A stretch of 64,000 bases of DNA from Mayamaea pseudoterrestris (lineage: Eukaryota): contig BROI01000006.1 of NCBI GenBank assembly GCA_027923505.1, positions 930,001 to 994,000 on the forward strand, given 5' to 3'. The notes beneath the pieces were generated by a model. It was not told where the DNA came from. It saw nothing but the letters and a program-made list of their open reading frames with translations, and did no database searches. This document shows positions 1-11,953 of the stretch, piece by piece (the first letter of the stretch is position 1; each line of letters starts with the position of its first letter). A program made the position numbers and the translations under genes.

Positions 1-1203
1 ATGTCATGGCATCTGTGGGCTGAGACTGGTGACAAGTTGTCACCAAATACATTGCCATCCCCTGAGACACCAGCTAGGCATATGATCTTGTAGCGCAGCC
101 TGAAAAATGATGTTGGCACCATTCTGGTGTAATTTGGGCACCTACAGGGCTTGCTGTAGGGGCGTTTGAATGTCATGGCATCTGCGGGCTGAGACTGGTG
201 ACAAGTTGTCACCAATCACATTGCCATCCCCTGAGACACCAGCTAGGCATACCATCTTGTAGCGCAGCTGGAATAATGATGTTGGCACCATTCTGGTGTA
301 ATTTGGGCACCTAAAGGGCTTGCTGTAGGGGTGTTTGAATGTCACCGCATCTGTTGGCTGAGTCTGGTGACAAGTTGTCACCAAATACATTGCCATCCCC
401 GGAGACAACACCCAAGCCAACCATCTTGTAGTGTAGCTGGAATAATGATGTTGGCACCATTCTGGTGTAATTTGGGCACCTACAGGGCTTGCTGTAGGGG
501 CGTTTGAATGTCACAGCATCTGTTGGCTGAGTCTGGTGACAAGTTGTCATCAAATACATTGCCATCCCCGGAGACACCAGCTAGGCATACCATCTTGTAG
601 CGCAGCCTGAATAATGATGTTGGCACCATTCTGGTGTAATTTGGGCACCTACAGGGCTTGCTGTAGGGGCGTTTGAATGTCATGGCATCTGCGGGCTGAG
701 ACTGGAGACAAGTTGTCACAAAATACATTTCCATCCCCTGAGACACCAGCTAGGCATACCATCGTGTAGCGCAGCTTGAATAATGATGTTGGCACCCTTC
801 TGGTGTAATTTAAGCACCGACAGGGCTTGTTGTAGGGGCGTTTGATTGTCACGGCATCTGCAGGAAGAGACTGGTGACAAGTTGTCACCAAATACATTGC
901 CAACCCCTGAGACACCAGCCAAGTCTACCATCTTGTAGCGCAGCCGGAAAAATGATGTTGGCACCATTCTGATGGAATTTGGGTACCTACAGGGCTTGCT
1001 GTAGGGGCGTTTGAATGTCACGACATCTGCGGGCTGAGACTGGTGACAAGTTGTCACCAATCACATTGCCATCCCCTGAGACACCAGCTATGCATACCAT
1101 CTTGTAGCGCAGCCTGAATAATGATGTTGGCACCATTCTGGTGTAAATTGGGCACCTACAGGGCTTGCTGTAGGGGCGTTTGAATTTCACAGCATCTGCG
1201 GGC
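1..1203. repeat. Tandem satellite, 169-bp unit, about 7 copies (truncated at window start)
   Basis: The unit start ATGTCA(T/C) recurs at 1, 170, 339, 508, 677, 846 and 1015. Each unit contains the palindrome TGGTGACAAGTTGTCACCA. Confidence 0.95.
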
Positions 1204-1209
1204 ACCAGC

Positions 1210-1895
1210 TGATGTAGTCTCCAAGTTCTGCCAGTAGGATGGCCTGCATTCTGTGGCCCCAGGCTTGTGCACAGTAGCTGGCTCCCATGACCTGCTCCAA
1301 CGGCCAGAGAGGTATACATGGATAGCTGGCAGTTGCCAGGCATTGTTTCATGATGTAGAAAGTGCAATCCATTCATCACTAGTCCATATAGTCTCCAGTT
1401 CTGCCAGTAGGACTGCTTGAATTTTGTGGCCCCAGGCTTGTCTACAGTAGCTGGCTGCCATATCCCACTTCAGCACCAATGAGGTATAAATGGGTAGCTG
1501 GCAGCTGACAGGCATTGTTTCATGATGTAGAAAGTGCAATCCATTCATTGCTAGTCCATAAATCTCCAAGTTCTGCCAGTAGGACCGCTTGAATTTCGTG
1601 GCCCAAGGCTTGTCCACCGTAGCTGGCTGCCACGACCCACTCCAACTGATGGGGAGGTTTAAATTGATAGCTGGCACTTAACAGGCATTGTTTCATGATA
1701 TATATAGTGCAATCCATTCATCACTGGTCCATGTAGTCTCCAAGTTCTGCCAGTAGGACTGCCTGATTGTGTGGCCCGAGGCTTGTCCACAGTAGCTGAC
1801 TGCCAGGACCCACTCCGTTGACAGGCATTGTTTCATGATGTCAAAAGTCAAATGCATTCATCACTATAGTCTGTGTAGTCTCCAAGTTCTGCAAG
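1210..1895. repeat. Second, more degenerate tandem repeat, about 173-bp unit, about 4 copies
   Basis: AGTCTCCAAGTTCTGCCAGTAGGA-like anchor near 1215, 1390, 1562, 1735 and (shortened) 1876. GGCATTGTTTCATGAT recurs in each unit. Confidence 0.88.
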
Positions 1896-2201
1896 TAGAG
1901 AAAATAGGAACGGCTCTGATTGTTTGGCTCACCAGCAGCTGTTGACATTTTTTGGTTTGAATACCGGGTGTACGTAACGACTTTGCAATCCCGTTGCGAC
2001 ATGCCCTGTAAGACTATAGCAAGGCTATCATAATGATACAAAGCGACGGCGGTTTTGATGCCTCTCCTTTCAGCATCGCCGCTTTGGAGGAAAGCAGTGC
2101 TAGCACGTATATCCTATGTCACAACTTTGCTCATAAACAAATCAAAAACTTAGTAGAGTAGCCTACAGCATATAGCTCATTGTTTGCGCAGGGTGAAATA
2201 T

Positions 2202-5069
2202 TTAGAAAGCAAAGATGCTCTTCTTGTCGTGACCAAGTGTCTGCAACGCCGGTGTCACTCCCTTCTCCAACATGATTGGAGGGCCGCAAAGAAGATTGTG
2301 CACACCCTTGGCTGGCTCAAACAAATGCTCCTGGAAGAGCTGCTTGTCGACAAAACCAGTGCTGTACTTCCAATCCTTCGGGTGGTCTTCCGACAAGATG
2401 TAATGCACCTTGAACTTCTCGGGGTACTTGGATGCCCACTCGTCCAACGTGGAGCGCATGAGCAATTCTTCCTCGATGCGGGCGGCAAAGATCAGGCTCA
2501 TCTTCGTCGGGTCATCCTCATGCCGAAGAATCTCAGATGCAATCTGCATGATAGGTGTAATTCCAGTGCCACCAGCCACCATGTTGAAACACTTTGCCTT
2601 TTCTGGTTCATTATCAATCTTGAAGTTACCATTCTTGGTGTATTCGAACTCTCCGACTGGTCCACGCATATTCAAGGAGTCGCCAACTTTGAGCGTGTCC
2701 ACATATTGACTCATCTTGCCACCCTTGGGGAATCGATCGCATGGATGGTAGACTTTGATGACAAACTTGACGCACCCAAGATCATGGTTTGACGAGATTG
2801 GGGTGTAACGCCGAATGACAGTCTCGCCATCAATGTTGGCCGACAAAAACATGTGCTTGCCGGTCGGCAATCCAAGAACGTGCTCCGGCGTCGGGAGAGC
2901 AAAGTTGAGTAGGATTGTGTCGCGACTAAGAACTTCCTTGTGCTGAAGTTTGAACGGTGTCTTTTTGCGAGGGTTAAGAGCAATCTTGTGTCCTTGCTCG
3001 TCGACTTGCTCCTCTTCTGGTGGAGTTTCCTCTTCCTTGCCATCTCCCTTCTTGTCCTTGTCAAGATCGCCAATGTAGTACTTCTCGAGCATCTTGTGTG
3101 CCTTCATGGAGTGAATCGCAACAAAGTCCTCGGTCGCATCTTCACCGGCATTGATCGTGATAGCCTCCATGCCACCGGGGTGCATGTCCAAGTATTCTGT
3201 CGCGTCGTAAACACGGTCCTTGACAATGATCCAGCAATCCTTTTCTGTATTGTGCTTGCGCACTTCCTGAAGCGAAAACGTCTTGCCATTTTCCTTCTTG
3301 GCAGGTTCTTCGTCCTCCTTGCTGCCGACTTCGACTTCGTCCAAGATTTTGCCGTAGCCTGCCGATTCTGGCTTGTCGGAGATGCGCGTCATCCAACCAC
3401 CCGTCTGCTGCCCAGGTTGCGTCGGATGCTCAAAGCGAAACTCAAAGTCGCCAGAGTCATTCTTCTCCAAGTGCACCTTGACGCGGAAAATTTGATTGTT
3501 TCCCATGCCCATCAAGTTCCACGTTGGTTGATGCGGCTGTGTATTGTTCGACTCGTCCCAGGCCCTGCACCATATTTCCTTGGCGCCTACCAAATCTGCC
3601 ACAGGCAAATCATACGTCCACCAGACCCAGCACCATTGCATGCCGTGCGGGGTGGGCCGCTCCTTGACGTTTAGTTTCGCAAGGTCCCAGTTGCGTCCGC
3701 CGTCGGTGCTGACTTCGACGCGAGTAATCTTGCGTCCGCCACCCGAGTAAGCATATCCAGTGACGGGGAAGGTGTTTTTGATATTCTTGGCGAGCGAAAG
3801 GGTTTCATTGTGATCGGGCTTGCTCATGGCCGAATTAATGTTGAGTTCATTAAAAATGTACTCTGGCTTGTAGAACCAATCGTTCTTGCTTGCCTCCTCG
3901 GCTGTGACATGCGGCGGCAATATGCGATTGTCGTTGTAGTGATACATGTTGTGCGTCTCGTGCTCAATGACATTAATCTTGGCGAGCCACTGTATAACAA
4001 GATATGAATTTAAGTTGCTGGTGAGAAATTATTTGCCGTCGTCATCAAAAGGGCCGAACTTTTTCATTTGTATGGAACGTACCTTGATCATGCGACCACC
4101 AATATAACCAGGAATGATCAAACGAACCGGAAAGCCATGATCCGGCTGCAGCTTTTGCCCATTCGCCTCGTAGGCAATCAACACATCGTAGGCTGGATTC
4201 ATGGCACGCGCCAAGGGAATACTCGTTCCATACTTGACTTGCTTGCCCCACTGCTCATCTTCAAACGGTCCCGGTCCAACCTTGTTGGGCAAGTCTTCCG
4301 TTCCAATGAATTCCACATGCTTCAAGTGCGCGTTACTCGCATCGACACCAGCGCGCAGCAATACGTCGCGCAGCAAGACTCCCTTCCAAACGTTGGTACT
4401 CACACCGGCTGGTCCCCAATTAAAGCCAATGGTTTGCCGCATCATGTTTTGCTCCTTGCGGCGATTGCCGGCGCACACCAATGTGACTGGGAACTCGCGC
4501 GGATCAAACTGTTTCACCAAGTCGTCCATCTTTAGTGTGAGTGAATGATGCACGCAAGTGCCGCCGACTTGTATTTCATGCTTGTCCCATTCCAGTTGCG
4601 GACAGGCGCCGTGGTTGCGCACGTAGTGTAGACTGGACGGCGTAATGAACTGGTACTGATGGTGAATCGCCAGTGGCGGTTCGCAGTTGAAGGGGTGCTT
4701 GCCGGTGAGTCGCACCAAACGGCCGTCGCGCTTGACCCAGGCGTCGGGCGTCTTGTCGTCGCGCGCATCCGGAGGTAGCTGCTGGAGAATGGAATCCATG
4801 TCAGTCTTGCTTTCGTCAGTGGACGGAGCAGTCGCCACGTCTCCCTCGCGGCCTTCGTTGCGAATGTTGGAGACGAAGGGAGTTGGAATCGCACGTGGGT
4901 AGGGACCGTACAGCTTTTCGCAGGATGGTTCTTGGGGAGTCGCGTCGTCGTTCATCTTGTTTGACTTGTCCGAAACATCACCGTCGTCCAGCATGGAGGA
5001 GGAGCTGCTCGTTGGACTGCTCGTCGGCGAGGTGCTGCCGCTGTTACTATCTTGAAGTTTGGGCGCCAT
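2202..5069 (-). CDS. NIA: Assimilatory NAD(P)H nitrate reductase, 2 exons (5069-4083, 3989-2202), about 924 aa
   Basis: Moco domain (LVCAGNRRKEQN, DHGFPVR), dimerisation domain (WCWVWW, WNLMGMGNN), cytochrome b5 (HPGG) and FAD/NADH domains (RRYTP, GKMS, GGTGITP, LCGPP). A GT-AG intron at 4082-3990 joins GGRMIK|WLAKI in frame. Confidence 0.97.
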
Positions 5070-5492
5070 GGTGCTAGTTGTAGTCGTTTGTCGCAATTTA
5101 TGAACCCGTTTGCTTCCCGTCTTTCCGCCTTCTTCCTGCAGAGAGACGAGGGGAGTTCGATGCCACCACCTCGTACCTTTGCTTCGCGAACTGAAGCTTC
5201 TTCCCGCAGTTTGGGTGTATGCTCCTCTAGCAATCAAATGTGATCGAGTCACATCGAGTCTAGTGACTGTTAGCGGTCACGCACGATCCCTTTGGGAATA
5301 GGCTTTTCTCGAACACTCAATGCCATAGTAGAAAACACGTCATTGGCGCGGCGGATTGAACCTCCGTCGTCCGTTCATCCATCACCATGAAGAATATTGG
5401 TGCATCAAACGAGCAGCAACAACGGCTTAAGCACTGACAACTACGGTATCAAACAATCTTTAAAAATACAATCTGCTGTCCTCTAATTTACT

Positions 5493-5867
5493 ATGAAACA
5501 AACTAGCGCATTACCTTATTTACTCGCCATGCTACTGGCCCTTGCTTTGACTGAATTGACCACTGCATTCGTCGTTGCGCCATCACAGGTTGCTGTCCGA
5601 CAAACCATGCAAGCCAGTCTGCAATTACATGCAATGTCGACGCACGCTATTGACCTTATGCAGCAGCAATTTCTATCTTCTATCTCATCATCATCATTGA
5701 CACTGGGTGCGTCCACGGTCGATCCAACCTCCTTTCTCTCCAATGTTCTCGGATCATTGCTCAATACTCCCATTATACTATTGGTACCAATTTTTGCGGC
5801 GCTTGGAGTTGCCGGACTATTGGCCTTTTTGCTAGTCAAGTCGAGTGAACCGGAGGAGGATGAATAG
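5493..5867 (+). CDS. Small putative plastid-targeted membrane protein of unknown function (124 aa)
   Basis: Signal peptide ending TTA|FVVAP (ASAFAP-like), Ser/Ala-rich transit peptide, one hydrophobic C-terminal helix and an acidic tail. Confidence 0.75.
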   Translation: MKQTSALPYLLAMLLALALTELTTAFVVAPSQVAVRQTMQASLQLHAMSTHAIDLMQQQFLSSISSSSLTLGASTVDPTSFLSNVLGSLLNTPIILLVPIFAALGVAGLLAFLLVKSSEPEEDE

Positions 5868-6059
5868 ATTTGAAATGATGAAATTGAAAATGGAACGACG
5901 TGGTAATTGCTGGAAGGAGCGATGAAGTTAAAAAATTCCACAGTCAGTCGGTAGAACTTGCGCAATAGCAAGCTAACATAAAGTAACTATTTCAGAAAGC
6001 TAGCATTTAAATGTAATATTCAAGCATATCATGTAGACACATTCTCCTGACGTCGTGTT

Positions 6060-7589
6060 TCAACCACCAATCAACGTCATGGGCCGATTGTTTCCCGCGT
6101 CCTTCGATATATCCAACGCATCCAAATGTCCACCGAGCGCCCACGGCTTGCTTTGCACCGCGGCATATACAATGCGATGCAAGTCGTCTTCCGATAGACC
6201 CGCCCTCATGGCGTTGCGCAGCGACACCATGTGCGATCCCGCGTCAAAGAGGCACACCTTGATTTGACCGTCGGCCGAAACGCGCAACCGGTTGCAGCCG
6301 GCGCAGAAATGGTGCGACATGCTGGTGATGAAACCAACCGTGGTGCTAGCTGATGCTAATGTTGTATCGTTGTTGTCACCACGAAACGTCGCCTTGTACC
6401 ACTTGGTGGTATCGTGCGGATCCCGTTCGGGTAGTTGCTCCCAGTGCAGCCTGTCGCTCGTTCGCTCCATCATTTCCGTGTAGCTCATGAACGTGTTCGT
6501 GTTCCATCCATTGTTTGTAAAGGGCATGTATTCTATGAATCGAATGACGACATTCTTTTCAGATCCAAGTTTCACAAAATCAACTAGTTCATCGTCGTTT
6601 TGTCCGCGCATGACGACAATGTTCACCTTGACGGATACATTACTGCTATTATCGTGGTTGCGACGACTCGCATCCAAAACACTCAACACCTTTGGTAGAT
6701 AGGAGGCTGGTCGTCGCGTAATGCGGGCAAACTTTTCTGGCTCCAAACTGTCGAGTGAAACGTTCATGGAGTCAAGCCCCGCCGCCATCAACTGCTCCAG
6801 TAGCTTTGGTTTTTGCCCCAACAAAAATCCATTCGTGGTAATGCCAACACTCACATTCATACGCTTGAGCTCCGTGACAATGTCCAGTAAATGTGGATTC
6901 AAGGTTGGCTCGCCGCCCGTCAGTCGAATCTTGTTTACACCAAGACTACAAAAGTGTTTGGCCAATGTCAATAGTTCCGTAGTGGTGAGTAGCTGCTCCT
7001 CGGGTTGCAGCGCGACGCCTTCGATTGGCATGCAGTAGGTGCATCGAAAGTTGCATCGCTCCGTCAGCGAAAAGCGCAAGTAGTTGTGTCTGCGGCCGTA
7101 GGAATCTTGGAGGACGTGCTGTCTCGAAGGAGGATGGGGTAGTTTGGCGAGTATTGCTTGCCAATCTTGGTAGGATTCGGGTGAATGCGTAATGAGAATT
7201 GGTGGAGGAGGTAGTTGCTGCTCGTTACTTATGGTATTGTTGTTGCTATGAAAGGGTTGATGATTCGATGTTTTTGTTGTCGTTAATGGCGTCGTCGTTT
7301 GGTGAACATGAATGTTCCGTGGCGGAGCGCCTCGCGGTGCTCGCAGCGATATCCGTTCACCTGCTAATACATCATCTTCCAGTTGTTTCCGCAGTGCTTC
7401 CAGGCGCGGCTGCTGTCGAGGTCTTCTCGTGTCCTTGTCGCGATCGGATGATGGTGGAGACTCGTCGTCGTATGCTGCTGCATCATCAATGGTGCAGGCT
7501 GCGGTTGAGCTAAACGCGTGCGTTTGCCTCCTCCAAGCGTCGCAACCACGTCGTCCATGGTTCAACTGCTTTATTACTTGTCGTATCAT
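6060..7589 (-). CDS. CNX2: GTP 3',8-cyclase (molybdenum cofactor biosynthesis, MoaA/CNX2/MOCS1A type) with probable mitochondrial presequence
   Basis: Radical SAM motif CNFRCTYC, KIRLTGGEP, RFIEYMP, second cluster motif FCAGCNRLR...KVCL and C-terminal IGG. Confidence 0.96.
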   Translation of the reverse strand: MIRQVIKQLNHGRRGCDAWRRQTHAFSSTAACTIDDAAAYDDESPPSSDRDKDTRRPRQQPRLEALRKQLEDDVLAGERISLRAPRGAPPRNIHVHQTTTPLTTTKTSNHQPFHSNNNTISNEQQLPPPPILITHSPESYQDWQAILAKLPHPPSRQHVLQDSYGRRHNYLRFSLTERCNFRCTYCMPIEGVALQPEEQLLTTTELLTLAKHFCSLGVNKIRLTGGEPTLNPHLLDIVTELKRMNVSVGITTNGFLLGQKPKLLEQLMAAGLDSMNVSLDSLEPEKFARITRRPASYLPKVLSVLDASRRNHDNSSNVSVKVNIVVMRGQNDDELVDFVKLGSEKNVVIRFIEYMPFTNNGWNTNTFMSYTEMMERTSDRLHWEQLPERDPHDTTKWYKATFRGDNNDTTLASASTTVGFITSMSHHFCAGCNRLRVSADGQIKVCLFDAGSHMVSLRNAMRAGLSEDDLHRIVYAAVQSKPWALGGHLDALDISKDAGNNRPMTLIGG

Positions 7590-7776
7590 TGAATATAGCA
7601 GGTCAATTGCTCCAGAGTCAAATTGGTGTTTGATCCCTTTCGAAAATTGGGCGAATGCTCGAGCTTCGTCTCACGTCGCGGATGGTTCGGCATGTTCCGG
7701 CATCACGCGGCGTCGTCATCTTCTGTCTTACCGTTATACACCTTCACTGACGTAGGCAAAACCGGTCGGACCTTTC

Positions 7777-7902
7777 AAAAATCAAAATTTTTGGCAGTAC
7801 ACTTCACGCTACAGTGCCAAAAACTTTGAAAATCGAAGTTTTTGGCAGTACACTTCACGCTACAGTGCCAATAACTTTGATTTTCAAAAGTACACTTTAC
7901 GC
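7777..7902. repeat. 51-bp direct repeat (2 copies plus a partial third) in the divergent CNX2/aminopeptidase intergenic region
   Basis: GGCAGTACACTTCACGCTACAGTGCCAA at 7793 and 7844; partial AGTACACTTTACGC at 7889. Confidence 0.85.
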
Positions 7903-8086
7903 CATAGTACTATATCGGTGCGACAATTGTGCGTGACGAGCGACGGAGTCATTCGACCGCATGTTTCACCATGGCAATTTTCATAGACACGACGCATCCG
8001 CAGAATCGGTCCTTTGCTAAACATCTTACAGCATATCAGCTTCAAAACCCTGTCGCGTCCCATTATATCGAATTTCGTCGTCTCCA

Positions 8087-9706
8087 ATGACGCGTCGCAC
8101 GCTCAGCATGACTCGATTTCAATCGAGTCGACTCGCGATAGCCTTGAGCATGTTGCTCACAATGTCATCATTCTTAAGCTCTTGCTGTCACGCCTTCGCC
8201 GCACAGCCTCCGCTCCATCCAGTCAGTCCCATGCAGACGGAACTCGCACGAAAAGCCATGAAATTCATTGACGCTTCTCCCGATCCCTTTCACGCTGTTC
8301 AAACATCCATTCAGTTGCTGAAGCAGGCTGGTTTCGTTCAACTAAAGGGTCCCTACAAGAATCTGATAAAAGCTGGCGGAAAGTACTACTTTACCAAGAA
8401 CAAGTCGACGCTGGTTGCCTTTTGCATTGGAAATCAATACTCTGCAGATACAGCTGCTGCTGGTTTCAAAATCATTGGCGCGCACACGGACAGTCCCAAC
8501 CTGCGCGTCAAGCCGCGCTCCAAGCGAAAGAGTGCTTCCGGCAATCTCGTGCAGCTCGGAGTGGAATGCTACGGAGGCGGTTTGTGGCACACGTGGTTCG
8601 ACCGCGACTTGGGAGTGTCGGGTCGGGTGCTGGTGCGAATTAATCATGGTAATGATGGTAACGACGACACTACGATCAAGGTGCAGCAACGATTGGTGCA
8701 CATGGCGAAACCACTGCTGCGGATAGCCAACCTTGCCATTCATTTGCAAACGACAAAGGAACGAGAAGCGTTTGTAGTCAACAAGGAGGATCACCTTTCG
8801 CCTATACTGGCCATGGAAGTCAAGAAGCAATTGATTGGTGAGCGAAATGGGGCCAAGGAAGAAGATGACACCAAGAAGGATAATGACAAGGATTCAAACG
8901 ACGACGGCTGGACGGAATATCAGAGTCCTGCGTTACTGCAGATTCTTGCCAAAGAGCTGAATGTTCAAGCGAGCGACATTGTAGACTTTGAGCTATCCCT
9001 CTTTGACGTTCAACCAGCGGCACTTGGTGGCATGCACAATGAATTTATTCACTCGGCTCGTCTCGACAATCTTGCCTCCTGTTTCATGGCCGTACAAGCG
9101 CTCGTCAACCACGTGGAGCAAGGCAAGCTGGAACGCGACCAGGATATTTCCATGATTGTCTTGTACGACCACGAGGAAGTCGGTAGCACCTCGGCGGTTG
9201 GCGCGGCGAGCCCCATCATGGCCGAAACCATGAAACGCGTAACGGCAGCCTTGCAGACGGACGATTTTGATGCGTACGACGCATGCATTCAAAGGAGCTA
9301 CGTCTTGAGCTGCGACCAGGCGCACGCCGTCCACCCCAACTACGCAAGCAAGCACGAAAAGTCGCACCAGCCAAAGATGAACCAGGGCATGGTCATTAAG
9401 CGCAATGCCAATCAGCGGTACGCCACCACAACCATGACGGGTGCCATTATGCGGGAGATTGCTCGCAAAGCCAAGCTACCGCCGATTCAAGAGTTTGTCG
9501 TGCGACAAGACTGCGGATGCGGATCAACGATTGGTCCTGTCATTAGCGCGGCCACTGGCATTCGTGCCATTGACATGGGCTGTCCTCAACTGTCCATGCA
9601 CTCGATTCGAGAAACCATGGGTACCATGGACATTGAGAATGGCGTTAAGCTATTCGAGGCGTTTTTGGAACATTTTCGGGCAGTGGATGACTCCATTGAG
9701 CAGTAA
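8087..9706 (+). CDS. DNPEP: Aspartyl aminopeptidase (peptidase M18), probably plastid-targeted
   Basis: Motifs AHTDSP, YGGGLWHTWFDRDL, RLDNL, DHEEVGS, DQAHAVHPNY, CGSTIGP and MHSIRE. N-terminal hydrophobic stretch ending CHA|FAAQP. Confidence 0.93.
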   Translation: MTRRTLSMTRFQSSRLAIALSMLLTMSSFLSSCCHAFAAQPPLHPVSPMQTELARKAMKFIDASPDPFHAVQTSIQLLKQAGFVQLKGPYKNLIKAGGKYYFTKNKSTLVAFCIGNQYSADTAAAGFKIIGAHTDSPNLRVKPRSKRKSASGNLVQLGVECYGGGLWHTWFDRDLGVSGRVLVRINHGNDGNDDTTIKVQQRLVHMAKPLLRIANLAIHLQTTKEREAFVVNKEDHLSPILAMEVKKQLIGERNGAKEEDDTKKDNDKDSNDDGWTEYQSPALLQILAKELNVQASDIVDFELSLFDVQPAALGGMHNEFIHSARLDNLASCFMAVQALVNHVEQGKLERDQDISMIVLYDHEEVGSTSAVGAASPIMAETMKRVTAALQTDDFDAYDACIQRSYVLSCDQAHAVHPNYASKHEKSHQPKMNQGMVIKRNANQRYATTTMTGAIMREIARKAKLPPIQEFVVRQDCGCGSTIGPVISAATGIRAIDMGCPQLSMHSIRETMGTMDIENGVKLFEAFLEHFRAVDDSIEQ

Positions 9707-10181
9707 TTCATGTTGAAATTGTTTTAATTACCTTGGCTACACTTATAAGCACCGAGAGAGAGCGTATTAGACTGCATAAGGACTAATATGATCCCGCAGA
9801 ATCGTTTCTACCGGTCCGGTACGTACGTATGCACTTTCGATTCGGCCGTTCAGTAGTCGTGTGTGGTTGCATGTGTGACTGACGTGAGTTTTCCTCCTCG
9901 TCACAGCAAGAATTCATTTGGACAAGGCTTAACTATCGTCATTAATTGCACCATCAATGGATAATGACGTGGGAAATCATGACGACCAAGGCAATTACAC
10001 GAAGGTAGTGCTGGCGCCTTTGGATGGTGCTGGCGTTCAAAATATGAGTATGCCAACAATGCTAATCGACTTTCACCACTTTCGGCCCGAGCTTTCAAGT
10101 TTCAACCTTCTCCTCCTTACTTTTCCTGAGTTGAGGTGTTGCTAAAGCTTCTATATATCGTGCTTGTCTTTCTCGTTGGAC

Positions 10182-11953
10182 ATGGAATTGAAGGTGACCA
10201 GTACAACCGAGAAGTTGAATAACAACGACAAAGTTCGCTGCAATGCCCGATGTTTGATTCCTCCGTTCGTTTTGTGCAACAGCATCAACGAGCAACCTTT
10301 GAATTTGAAATCCAAGAACGCTCCTACCGGTAGTATCCAAGAAAAGGACGTGACCAACCGAACTACTCCTAGCAAGCTTGACGATCCAAAACCAACGGCC
10401 GACACCAAGCTTCCCTTGAACGGCGGGCTTGGGGATAACAGTGATGATACCAACACGGAGGTAACCTATTTTTCGCTTCTCAGATCCAATCGAAACTTCC
10501 GTCTGTTTCTCATGAGCTACATTGTCGCACACTTGGGCGAATGGCTTACCTACTTGGCCAGCATGTCGGCTATTGCGGAAATTCAGAACGAGCAGATTGG
10601 AAATGTTGAAGGTGACAGCAGTAGTCGCATGGCGATCAGTTTACTGATTGTGATTCGCCTGATACCCAACATACTTCTTAGTCCGATTGGGGGAGCTCTC
10701 GCCGACGGACGGGATCGTCGACACATAATGATGGGTCTTGATGTTTGCGGAAGTCTAACGGCTTTGTTGTTCATGTTTGCGTTTCATCAACGATCAGTTC
10801 CTCTCATCTATCTGGCCACATTCCTGCAAGAGTGCGTCGCTGGCTTGTACGAGCCAAGTCGCTCCGCAATTATCCCGCTGATGTGCCCGGGCGATGAGGA
10901 GATGAAAAAGGCCACGACAATGGCAGGTGTTGCCTGGAGCGTGATTGCTGCCTTTGGATCGGCAGCCGGTGGGTTTTTGGCTAGTCTCGTAGGAATTCAC
11001 GGTTGCTATAGTAAGTCCCGTATCAGAATATTGCATGTCCTTTCAAATTGGATGAACTCTTACATTATCTTGTTGCGCGTCACAACCCTTCAATAGAAAT
11101 GGACGTTGTCACCTACCTGGTCAGCGCTGCGCTAATGTTCTCCGTTGGAGGTAGCTGGACGGTGGAAGAAGAAAGGGAAAAGCCGTCGGGCAAAGCCGAG
11201 CAAAACATGGTGATCCAAGGAATTTCCTACTTACGCAACGCCTTTTTTGGTGGTCTCATCTTTTTGAAAGCCTCTGTCTTTATTATCAGTGGCGCTAATG
11301 ATGTTTTATATGTCTCATACTCGGAGCGGGGGCCGCCAGACTACCAGGCATCACGCTTGGGTATGCTGTTTGGAAGTATTGGCGTCGGAAGCTTCATTGG
11401 TCCACTTTTGATCGAGAGGTTCAACGACATGGACAACCCAAGGGTCATACAATCACTATGTCTCGTTGGTTTTGTTGTCATGATGGTGGGATGTCTCATG
11501 ATGGGAGCTTTGACGAGCTTTCCTTTAATCTTGTTTTCGAGCGCGTTTCTCTCCATGGGGCGCAGCGTCGTATGGATCAATTCGTCGTTGCTTTTGCAAA
11601 AGTTTTGTGCGCCCGAAATGCTTGGGCGAGTGTCATCGATCGAATACTCGGCGGCGCTGTTGGCAGAAGGCGTATCCGCTGTAATGGCTGGTTTCTTGCA
11701 GGATCGATTTAATGTCTCTGCCAACAACGTTTCTCTGCTGCAAGGTTTTGGTTGTGCCTTGCTGCTGACCGCCTGGTCGTTCTATCATTTTAGTGGCGGT
11801 GGAGCTACATATGATGCTTTGGACAAGGATGACTCTTCGACCGTCTCGTTAACTGAGCAGGAAGACTCATCAAGCGTGTCGTCGACGGACATTGAGGCCG
11901 ATGCGGATACATCGGCATTGCTTTTGACCCCTCATTGCATGGAAGTCGTTTGA
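10182..11953 (+). CDS. Major facilitator superfamily transporter, 2 exons (10182-11010, 11097-11953)
   Basis: MFS motif A-like GALADGRDRR, PSRSAIIP and LGRVSS, with multiple TM helices. A GTAAGT...TAG intron at 11011-11096 joins GCY-K-MDVVTY in frame. Start codon uncertain. Confidence 0.88.

Noticed and set aside
1..1895. Repeated 60-130 aa ORFs in the left-end arrays
   Set aside because: They are by-products of the satellite. The 169-bp period is not a multiple of 3, stops occur in every unit and no domain is recognisable.
5070..5252. 61-aa N-terminal extension of nitrate reductase in the ORF track
   Set aside because: It starts at a non-ATG codon. The first ATG is at 5069 in a good ACC-ATG-G context.
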